Source: Trichoplax adhaerens (lineage: Eukaryota; Animalia; Placozoa). From it: 34,473 nt of DNA. Positions 23,786 to 34,473 of this stretch are shown here, piece after piece. The position numbers and the translations under genes were made by a program. The stretch covers positions 855,436-889,908 of the forward strand of contig NW_002060961.1 of NCBI RefSeq assembly GCF_000150275.1, in the 5' to 3' direction. Position 1 is the first letter of the stretch; each line of letters begins with the position of its first letter. Under the pieces are notes generated by a model. It did no database searches. It saw nothing but the letters and a program-made list of their open reading frames with translations, and was not told the origin of the DNA.

Positions 23786-26534
23786 TCATGAGTTGCCGTT
23801 TTGCATATCGATATTCCAGCCAATAACTTTGCGGTCAAAGCCTGCAGAAAATAGATTACAGGGCGCATTGTCATCTTCGCACCAAGCTGTACAACATACC
23901 ATCCGTTTATGACCCTATGGGTAGAGATGATATAGAAAAACTACCTTAATACTACATAAGAAGATAAAGACGCAGTCAGATAATAGAAGCGTATCCTATT
24001 AAAAAGTATAGCATTAGAACATACTTGACCATTGCTGCGTGGAAGGCGAGCTATGCGATTGCCATTTAGGTCGTATAATCGTATATGACGATTATCGTGT
24101 GGAATGGCAATAACGTTATTTGAAACTGAAAGTCTATTGTAATAAAATAGAATGTATATTAGATGACATAGTACATTAAATAAAATTGATATCGCTAGCA
24201 GTGTGACATCAACAATTAATAAAGAGGCCATGATATCATAAAATGGTATATGTTCATTTGTAATAATGGAAGCTATTATTTTAACGTACTTATTAACAGC
24301 AGAATCTAATCTCATAGTTGCGGATGGTGATCGCATGTTTTTTAAATCCCATACCTATAAGGAGAGAAGACTATTTGTTACTTCTTTTGCTACTTACACT
24401 TGCGAAATACTTGCATATTCTTACAATACATAGAATAAAAGCAGCTAACTAGATACCTTAACTGTACGATCATCGCTGCCGCTAACAATTTTATCTTTGG
24501 CAAATACACAGGAAGTAACCGTGCTGTAAAGAAACAAATTAAAATATTAATTTAATCATATTGATAGTATAGGCCACTGGAATGTTCGAGAACTCAACTA
24601 TGCGTAGTCATTGATAATTAAATTACATTAACAACACATACTTGGAATGGCCTTGAAAAACATTCACTGAATGAATAGAAGAGCTTCTGAAATCCCATAA
24701 TCGAAATGTTGTATCTTTTGATGATGTAACCAAGAGATTTTGAGTGGGATGTGTAGCTGCATAAGTAATATCTTCTTCGTGTCCTGTCCGATATTATTGA
24801 GTATTATATCAAGGATGAGTGAATGACGATTTAAAATCGCTCAGATAGGAATATACCTTACTAATTGCAAGGCTTATTTACCGAAGAAAAGCATGAAATG
24901 TCTATAATAAATAACATCATGAAATGATCAATAGTAAAATCGTCTTTTATCATTCTTACCTGTCAACGTTTGAATAACCATACCGGTATGAACATCCCAT
25001 AACTTTGCCGTTCTATCCCAAGATGCAGTTACAATTTGATCACCATCTAGTAGCCAATCTGCCGTCGTAACCACACCTACAATTTTGTATCATATGTGCA
25101 ATTTAGGAATAAATTGATATTGGATTGATATCTATTCTAAACTGTCGCTATTTACCACTATGATCGCGGAGTTGCAATATAGAGTTTCTAATAACATAAC
25201 CACTGCTGGAATCGGCTGAACCTAAATTGAGAGATGATCGAATTACTTAAGAACAAGTATAGCAATTACCTAATCAATCTTTTGTTAATTGAGGGAAAAG
25301 TAAATTATGACGGACGGATTTGCGTACCTTCATAGTTATTATTCATTAGATCTTCATCTGTATTTAAATTTCCCTTGAAAATAGGAAAGTAGATCAACGA
25401 TAAATTACTATACAGTAATATCAAATCAAGCGAACTTTTCAGCTTACTGTAGAGATGAAGTCGTGAAAATTGCCTAGGTTGATTCTCCAAATATGAGCAG
25501 ATGAATCACCAGATCCTATTAAAGATAGAAAGTAGCGTGAGCAAGAGGATATTGAATACTACCGTAAGCATGGTCATTATCCTATCCAGATTGAAATTTT
25601 ACCTGTACACACTAATGGTTCGTTCTCATGGAAACGAATAGAATTAACTAGGAAAAAGAAGTTAAATATCAAGTCCAATTTAGATATCAATAAAATGACT
25701 GTTTCCCTATTATTTTACTAGTACGGTAGTTGAGCAACTTTCATGATAGTCATCAAAACGACAACAACCATCGTGGCAATATTATATGATATTGATGAGG
25801 AGAAATTACCAGATCCTTCGTGGCCTTGATATTGAATAAGACGTTGACCACTTTCTATATCCCATATACAAGCTGTATGATCTACAGTATATTCAAAGTA
25901 ATTATATTGATTAATTGATAGAATTGACAGAAATAAAAGGAATAGATTCAATTAATCTACATTGTTATCCATCGAAGTTATTTATCCTTAGTCAATAACC
26001 TGCTGATGCAGTTCCAAGGATAGCATTATTAGCATAGTCTGTACACTTGACTTCCCATATACCATCTCGATGTCCAAGAAAGATCTTTTCCCTTTTACAT
26101 TCTAATTGATTATTACCAGCTTTTAGATTTGTAATAGCCTGACTAACTTTTCCCTTATACGTTGATTTCATATGGGTTAGGACAGAAGAAGATGCAATAA
26201 TGCCTTTGTACCCGGCATTATCATTGTATCAATCCAAAATGAAGAATAAAATCAATAGAAAAAAAAAAATGAGAACTTGAACATATTGAAGTGATCTTCA
26301 TTTTAGTTCATACATGTATCACTATTTCGTTACAGTGATAATCTATGAGCGGTCATTAATAATATTGAAATGTAAGTAAGAAAGGAAAATCAGTCCACTA
26401 TGTTGTAGTTTATAAGTTGAACTTACCAGTACGATCACGTTTATTTTTTCCGGTAGGGTCTTGTTCATCTCGTGAACCATCCAATCCGACATTTTGGTCT
26501 AATTTATCGGTTAAATAATCGATCTTTTCTTGTA
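23786..26534 (-). CDS. WDR37: WD repeat-containing protein 37 (13 exons identified; N-terminal exon(s) not located)
   Basis: Exons 26534-26427, 26203-26000, 25881-25810, 25647-25603, 25515-25448, 25373-25328, 25221-25156, 25076-24960, 24783-24642, 24523-24457, 24354-24290, 24133-24025, 23914-23786. Motifs [117 protein letters not shown]...NLFSAGFDR are characteristic of WDR37. Confidence 0.92.
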
Positions 26535-26589
26535 CTGTAATCATGATAAGAAAGAGTTGAAATTGTATTACTGTATCCAATGTAGAAAC

Positions 26590-28040
26590 AATTTCATTTT
26601 TCGATGGAATAGTAAAGTGGAACCTTTTAAAAGTAGCATGTGTATATCTTAATTATTTCATCATAATTTATCGACTTTCATCGTTGTTGTTTCCAATCGA
26701 ATAGTCGATTGGAACTTTTTGAGGGTAGCATGTGTTTATTTAATCATTCCATTTGAGTCGATCTACTTTCACTTTTTAGTTATCAAATCTGGCTTGTGTG
26801 ATTTTTTAATTGGATGCTATCGTAATGATACTAGCATCTATTTATTTTATGACTAATCATTTCATCTTAGTTTGTCTACTTTCATCATTCACGTATAATA
26901 CGTGTACCGAGTGGGATATTTTAAAAGTAGCATCGACACTATTTATTAGTTTAATCATCTCATCTTACTTTGTCTACATTTATCCTTGTCATAGAATATT
27001 GCCTGCATGATTATCGAATCGGTTACTAGAGTGGACCATTTTAAGGGCAGAATGGACAGTATTTCTTTATTTTTAATATCATCTCATCTTTGTTTGTCTA
27101 TTTCACTATTGTCGTAGAATATTGCCTGTATGATTTTCAAATCGATTGCCAAAGTAGAATACTTTAAGAGTAGCATCTATGGATTGTTTCATGTTCATCT
27201 CAATTTGCTTCACACAATCGTTATTTTCATCATCTTAGTAGTGTGTCCACTTGCACCATTGTCGTAGCAACATGGCCTGAGCGATTTTCCAATCGATTGC
27301 TAACGTGGACTATTTTTCAGAGAGTAGCATCCATTTATTTCAATGCTCATCCTGTTATTTTGGTTCATCTAATCCAACGTTTGAGTAGGAAATTATAAGA
27401 GCTGTAATCGCTTATTTAAATCATCTGATGTTAATTTATCTACTTTCATAGAACATTGCTTATGCGATTTTCAACGATAATCGAATATGAAAGTTGAATG
27501 CTTTGAGACTACGATACATATCATCTCATTCCAAGCGATTGCCTGAACGAAAGCTAAGGTAGAATGCTTCAAGACTAGCGTGTATTTATTTGACCCTTTC
27601 TCATCATTTGATCTTAGTTCGTCTACCTTTGTCCTAACCGCAGAATACTGTCTAGGTGATTTTGGAATCGAATGCTAGAGTAGAATAGTTTACGGGTAGA
27701 GTCGATCGCTATTTTAATGGTCTCATTCCAAGCGATTGCCTAAACGAAAACTAGCGTAGAATGCTTCAAGACTAGCGTGTATTTATTTAACCCTTTCTCA
27801 TCATTTGATCTTAGTTCGTCTACCTTTGTCCTAACCGCAGAATACTGTCTAGGTGATTTTGGAATCGAATGCTAGAGTAGAATAGTTTACGGGTAGAGTC
27901 GATCGCTATTTTAATGGTCACATTGCAGGCGATTGCCTATACGAAAACTAGAATAGAATACTTCAAGGTCAGCGTCCATTTCTTTTTACTGTTCATCTCT
28001 TAGTTTGTCTACTTTTGTCACTGTCATCCAACCTTGCCCT
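26590..28040. repeat. Degenerate tandem repeat tract upstream of the WDR37 exons, including a near-perfect 197-bp duplication
   Basis: tctcattccaagcgattgcc... at 27524 and 27721, partial third copy at 27918; older units share ttttaa.agtagcat...catcttagtttgtctac. Confidence 0.85.
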
Positions 28041-29185
28041 TACGATTGGGAACACGGACATTTTATTTTTTGAAAGTTGTAAATTGTTTTTGACTGCAAT
28101 AAATCAGGAAATCACATCATCATTATAGTATAGATTTAAAAGAGATACTGGCTGATGGAATTGTGCTCCAATCTAACCGATATTGACGATAAAAAAAAAA
28201 AATGGAGGGCAAACTCAATTCTACGTATCCAACCGAGTTGCAATAGCATGCATTGAAGGCAATCATGGGACGATTAGCAGATCCATCATTCTCCTTGGAA
28301 ATTTCATTTTTTTTTCCTATTTTGAAGATGGATTATTACGATAGAGACCGCTATCGGTTAATTCATAGAAAATAGGGTATAAAATACAGGAAAATGTGAC
28401 GAAAGAGAAAGAAAATTGAATGGAAATCGCCAAGTTTGCATGGGTATTGTATAGGCAATTTACTGTAGATCAACATTCAATGCAAGTGCATCAATAAGAA
28501 GGAGGGGAAAGCAATAAGAATAGCCATCTCTTGTAAAAAATTGTAAAGGAATGAGAGGACAAGGCGTAAAAAATCAAGATGGCCCTTGACGGAGAGAATG
28601 GAATAGGTAGAGTGGATGATGATGGTTGATTGCAGCAGTCTTGCGAGAATAGTGATGCGGATAACATGGAATAGATCTGTACACAAGAAGTACAACTAAA
28701 AGTATGGAATGAATCTCAGCTGGCGTGGATGTTGTATGCAATAAGGGCAATGCGATTTTAATGTACAACAGTTCAATCTCTGCAGGCGTAAGCAATAGCT
28801 ATGGAATTCTCCTCTACGGTAGTACTCTACCATTTCCTACCCATTCCTTTCACTACGATAACGACTGTCATGGAGACTTGAAATTCTTGCCGCTACTCAG
28901 TAGTAGAAGTGTTTAGGATTGATATCCAATTGATCTCAAGGCAATCTCATTCTTAGGCGTTTGAAACTTTCAAAATTACATTCACTCCCGAGAATAGTAT
29001 AAGAATAAATAACAAGTTATTTCCCCAGGTAGTCCACCATGGTTAAGCTGTCCAGTTTAAATTTGAAATTGCCTTAGCCTGTGTTGAGAATCCCTTACAA
29101 ATGAAGTTGAAATCTAGCTGTAATTTAATCGATGGCGTCATGACTAGCTTCAAGTTAGGTGGTAGATTTTCATCTTTTGGATGAT

Positions 29186-29235
29186 NNNNNNNNNNNNNNN
29201 NNNNNNNNNNNNNNNNNNNNNNNNNNNNNNNNNNN
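29186..29235. other. Assembly gap (50 N)
   Basis: Run of n. Confidence 1.
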
Positions 29236-29290
29236 GCAGAAGTTCATTTTCTTGCTCCACTTGATCGCAATCTTCATCACCATCCGCCAT
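29236..29290 (-). CDS. RNF14: Duplicate RNF14 exon-1 fragment (MADGDEDCDQVEQENEL), truncated by gap
   Basis: Matches 20788-20842 apart from a 1-nt difference at the contig edge. Confidence 0.8.
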
Positions 29291-29503
29291 GGCAACGTCC
29301 TGTGAATGCAGCAACGCTAGAGTGGTTATCCCTCTGCTCCCGTACAGTACCAACTACTGTACACTGTACGTCACAGAAATCCATATTCATTTCCAATGAC
29401 AAGTTGCAAGTCCAGTCTAGTGCTGTTGCTCTGCTGTACTGTATTGCGCACTATATAGTATTGTCTTCCGCTCTTGCCGGTAATCATGGAGACCGCATCA
29501 GCC

Positions 29504-31334
29504 ATCGCATCATCGAAAAATATGGATGGATGGATACTAAAAAAGGGAAAGAAGGAACTATTGCATATGTTTATTGAAGGTATAATACGATAAAAAGGCT
29601 GAGAGAGTATTCAAAAGTGGAAAGAAACTCGCTTTCAAGTGGAGAGATTCGGTCCAGTCTTAGGTATTCCATTTTTATACTGTACTCTATCGCATCATCG
29701 AAATATCGATGGATGGATACTAAAAAAGGGAAAGAAGGAACTATTGCATATGTTTATTGAAGGTATAATACGATAAAAAGGCTGAGAGAGTATTCAAAAG
29801 TGGAAAGAAACTCGCTTTCAAGTGGAGAGATTCGGTCCAGTCTTAGGTATTCCATTTTTATACTGTACTCTATCGCATCATCGAAGTATCGATGGATGGA
29901 TACTAAAAAAGAGAAAGAAGGAACTATTGCATAAGTTTATTGAAGGTATAATACGATAAAAAGACTGAGAGAGTATTCAAAAGTGGAAAGAAACTCGCTT
30001 TTAAGTGAAGAGATTCGGTCCAGTCTTAGGTATTCCATTTTTGTACTGTACTCTATCGCATCATCGAAATATGGATGGATGGATACTAAAAAAGGGAAAG
30101 AAGGAACCATTGCATACAGTATGTTTATTGAAGGTATAATACCATAAAAAGACTGAGAGAGTATTCAAAGTGGAAAGAAACTCGCTTTCAAGTGGAGAGA
30201 TTCGGTCCAGTCTTAGGTATTCCATTTTTGTACTGTACTCTATCGCATCATCGAAATATGGATGGATGGATACTAAAAAAGGGAAAGAAGGAACTATTGC
30301 ATATGTTTATTGAAGGTATAGTACGATAAAAAGACTGAGAGAGTATTCAAAAGTGGAAAGAAACTCGCTTTCAAGTGGAGAGATTCGGTCCAGTCTTAGG
30401 TATTCCATTTTTGTACTGTACTCTATCGCATCATCGAAATATGGATGGATGGATACTAAAAAAGGGAAAGAAGGAACTATTGCATATGTTTATTGAAGGT
30501 ATAGTACGATAAAAAGGCTGAGAGAGTATTCAAAAGTGGAAAGAAACTCGCTTTTAAGTGGAGAGATTCGGTCCAGTCTTAGGTATTCCATTTTTGTACT
30601 GTACTCTATCGCATCATCGAAATATGGATGGATGGATACTAAAAAAGGGAAAGAAGGAACTATTGCATATGTTTATTGAAGGTATAATACGATAAAAAGA
30701 CTGAGAGAGTATTCAAAAGTGGAAAGAAACTCGCTTTCAAGTGGAGAGATTCGGTCCAGTCTTCGGTATTCCATTTTTGTACTGTACTCTATCGCATCAT
30801 CGAAATATGGATGGATGGATACTAAAAAAGAGAAAGAAGGAAGTATTGCATATGTTTATTGAAGGTATAATACGATAAAAAGACTGAGAGAGTATTCAAA
30901 AGTGGAAAGAAACTCGCTTTCAAGTGGAGAGATTCGGTCCAGTCTTAGATATTCCATTTTTATACTGTACTCTATCGCATCATCGAAATATGGATGGATG
31001 GATACTAAAAAGGGAAAGAAGGAACTATTGCATATGTTTATTGAAGGTATAATACGATAAAAAGACTGAGAGAGTATTCAAAAGTGGAAAGAAACTCGCT
31101 TTCAAGTGGAGAGATTCGGTCCAGTCTTAGATATTCCATTTTTATACTGTACTCTATCGCATCATCGAAATATGGATGGATGGATACTAAAAAGGGAAAG
31201 AAGGAACTATTGCATATGTTTATTGAAGGTGTAGTACGATAAAAAGACTGAGAGAATATTCAAAAGTGGAAAGAAACTCGCTTTTAAGTGGAGAGATTCG
31301 GTCCAGTCTTAGGTATTCCATTTTTATACGTACT
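29504..31334. repeat. 183-bp satellite array, 10 units
   Basis: Units at 29504, 29689, 29872, 30055, 30242, 30425, 30608, 30791, 30974 and 31156. Confidence 0.97.
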
Positions 31335-32599
31335 CGAGTTAAATATTGTATATATATAGCGAGTCAATGAATACCCCAAGATTTAAGAATAAATATCGCT
31401 ATTAGCGAACAATCTGAGTAAATGAGAAAGGTTCTATCGAAGGAGAACTGAAAATAGGTCAGAAAGAGAAGAATCCTATCTTCAAAATGGAGTGGTGTGC
31501 TGGTTTGGCGATTCTTGAAGTACTACCATGGATTACTCGATATATAGCAACAGTATATCGAATAGTTCATGGCGCCACTTACTTATAAATAGAGTTGTTG
31601 ATATCATATTATAGTATAATCTTGCAATGTCAAGGACGATTGTAGACGTTGCTTTTTTAATATATTGCAGGCATCAAGGCCTATGATGCAGCCCCCTAAA
31701 TCAATAGTGAAGCATTTTGAAGCAGACCCTACATTTCTTGATGTATCGAGAAGGTAAATCGATTGAGAGCTAGAAACCATTTTACTCTGTCAATCATGAG
31801 GTGATGGCCGAATAGTTCAGAGTCAAGAATATCGTCACAGGAAGCCATGATGGAGTTTATCTTGCTGCATATCAACCGTCTAGCTTATTACAATTCCATG
31901 ATATCGTCATTGCATAGACAGTAAAGTTTCAATACACAGTCCATTTATTGATCACATTACCTGCCACTAGGTGGGCTATTTCCTTTTATTACTTCATTAT
32001 ATGCATCTTAATTTTTAAACTAGTAAAATCAGATACTTGCTATACACTAGAAATGTACCTAATTGTTATAGGTTTCTCCGTCTAGGTAGAATTGACATAT
32101 ACAGTACAAGTACCGTAGCAAAATTGTACAAATTTGTGCCTTTAAAATGAAAGGCACAGAGTAAAATAAAAGAACAATTGCAATTTTTTCCACCACTTCT
32201 CACCTTATAGTTACAGCAATACATTAACCTTTGCAATACCTTATTAGTTACTCGATCAACCGTTATTGTAATTCACTAACTGTATAATATTTCAAGAAAG
32301 AAAACAATAATGAAATTTTAGGCTAAAGGGCCCAAGGTTATTGTCCTCGTACCTTTTTAAAATGGGATATTTTCATTCAGTGTTATCATCTACGCGTAAC
32401 TCTTTCTCTGTTTGCATGCTTTGCTTTCTTACTAAGCAGCAAGAGCAATTATTACAATCACAGCGTTCAAAAAAATTCAATTCTATTTCAGAGCTTGCAG
32501 TAGCAAAAAAATTTTTGGGTATTATTTTAAATCTGTTGAGTAAAGAAAATCAAGAATGAAGCATTGCTAAATAATATTCATGGTGATATATATTTAAAA

Positions 32600-33495
32600 T
32601 CATGAGTTGCCGTTTTGCATATCGATATTCCAGCCAATAACTTTGCGGTCAAAGCCTGCAGAAAATAGATTACAGGGCGCATTGTCATCTTCGCACCAAG
32701 CTGTACAACATACCATCCGTTTATGACCCTATGGGTAGAGATGATATAGAAAAACTACCTTAATACTACATAAGAAGATAAAGACGCAGTCAGATAATAG
32801 AAGCGTATCCTATTAAAAAGTATAGCATTAGAACATACTTGACCATTGCTGCGTGGAAGGCGAGCTATGCGATTGCCATTTAGGTCGTATAATCGTATAT
32901 GACGATTATCGTGTGGAATAGCAATAACGTTATTTGAAACTGAAAGTCTATTGTAATAAAATAGAATGTATATTAGATGACATAGTACATTAAATAAAAT
33001 TGATATCGCTAGCAGTGTGACATCAACAATTAATAAAGAGGCCATGATATCATAAAATGGTATATGTTCATTTGTAATAATGGAAGCTATTATTTTAACG
33101 TACTTATTAACAGCAGAATCTAATCTCATAGTTGCGGATGGTGATCGCATGTTTTTTAAATCCCATACCTATAAGGAGAGAAGACTATTTGTTACTTCTT
33201 TTGCTACTTACACTTGCGAAATACTTGCATATTCTTACAATACATAGAATAAAAGCAGCTAACTAGATACCTTAACTGTACGATCATCGCTGCCGCTAAC
33301 AATTTTATCTTTGGCAAATACACAGGAAGTAACCGTGCTGTAAAGAAACAAATTAAAATATTAATTTAATCATATTGATAGTATAGGCCACTGGAATGTT
33401 CGAGAACTCAACTATGCGTAGTCATTGATAATTAAATTACATTAACAACACATACTTGGAATGGCCTGAAAAACATCACTGAATGAATAGAAGAG
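32600..33495 (-). CDS. WDR37: Duplicate of the 3' exons of WDR37, truncated by gap
   Basis: Exons at +8814 offset (32600-32728, 32839-32947, 33104-33168, 33271-33337, part of 33456-33495); one synonymous GCC>GCT change; 1-nt deletions only next to the gap. Confidence 0.85.
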
Positions 33496-33545
33496 NNNNN
33501 NNNNNNNNNNNNNNNNNNNNNNNNNNNNNNNNNNNNNNNNNNNNN
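33496..33545. other. Assembly gap (50 N)
   Basis: Run of n. Confidence 1.
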
Positions 33546-34473
33546 AGTATTGTCTTCCGCTCTTGCCGGTATCATGGAGACCGCATCAGCCATCGCATCA
33601 TCGAAAATATGGATGGATGGATACTAAAAAAGGGAAAGAAGGAACCATTGCATAAGTTTATTGAAGATATAATACCATAAAAAGACTGAGAGAGTATTCA
33701 AAAGTGGAAAGAAACTCGCTTTTAAGTGAAGAGATTCGGTCCAGTCTTAGGTATTCCATTTTTGTACTGTACTCTATCGCATCATCGAAATATGGATGGA
33801 TGGATACTAAAAAAGGGAAAGAAGGAACCATTGCATACAGTATGTTTATTGAAGGTATAATACCATAAAAAGACTGAGAGAGTATTCAAAGTGGAAAGAA
33901 ACTCGCTTTCAAGTGGAGAGATTCGGTCCAGTCTTAGGTATTCCATTTTTGTACTGTACTCTATCGCATCATCGAAATATGGATGGATGGATACTAAAAA
34001 AGGGAAAGAAGGAACTATTGCATATGTTTATTGAAGGTATAGTACGATAAAAAGACTGAGAGAGTATTCAAAAGTGGAAAGAAACTCGCTTTCAAGTGGA
34101 GAGATTCGGTCCAGTCTTAGGTATTCCATTTTTGTACTGTACTCTATCGCATCATCGAAATATGGATGGATGGATACTAAAAAAGGGAAAGAAGGAACTA
34201 TTGCATATGTTTATTGAAGGTATAGTACGATAAAAAGACTGAGAGAGTATTCAAAAGTGGAAAGAAACTCGCTTTTAAGTGGAGAGATTCGGTCCAGTCT
34301 TAGGTATTCCATTTTTGTACTGTACTCTATCGCATCATCGAAATATGGATGGATGGATACTAAAAAAGGGAAAGAAGGAACTATTGCATATGTTTATTGA
34401 AGGTATAGTACCATAAAAAGACTGAGAGAGCTTTCAAAAGTGGAAAGAAACTCGCTTTTAAGTGGAGAGATTC
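33546..34473. repeat. Third copy of the satellite block (matches ~21009-21937), ~4.8 units up to the window end
   Basis: Same unit order and private variants as array 1 (gaagatataat in unit 1, cagt insertion in unit 2, gagagctttc in unit 5). Confidence 0.95.

Larger units (their letters stand above)
29236..33495. repeat. Second copy of ~20787-24683 (RNF14 5' end, satellite, WDR37 last exons)
   Basis: Offset is 8448 left of the array and 8814 right of it; about a dozen SNPs or small indels in the unique part; flanked by N gaps. Confidence 0.95.

Noticed and set aside
28477-28916. Short ORFs including LTPAEIELLYIK as the WDR37 N-terminus
   Set aside because: Only superficial resemblance and no suitable splice donor.

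Overview
AT-rich eukaryotic genomic DNA with many ~70-120 nt GT-AG introns. This style suggests a compact early-branching animal genome such as a placozoan (Trichoplax-like); that assignment is inference only. Manual splicing gives three recognisable genes: (1) a 34-exon, ~1008-aa inositol polyphosphate 4-phosphatase (INPP4) on + (2539-16994) with an N-terminal PH domain, a C2 domain and a CKSGKDRT catalytic motif; (2) a 2-exon RWD-RBR E3 ligase RNF14/ARA54 on - (17750-20842); (3) 13 exons of WDR37 on - (23786-26534), with its N-terminal exon not found. An unidentified gene probably diverges from INPP4 and runs off the left edge. Nearly every long intron carries its own family of degenerate tandem repeats, and some of these copy splice sites. 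A 183-bp satellite lies just upstream of RNF14. The block of RNF14 5' end, satellite and WDR37 3' end occurs 2-3 times across two 50-N gaps, most likely as uncollapsed haplotypes or redundant assembly. No prokaryotic-type system (CRISPR, defence island, transposase) is supported.
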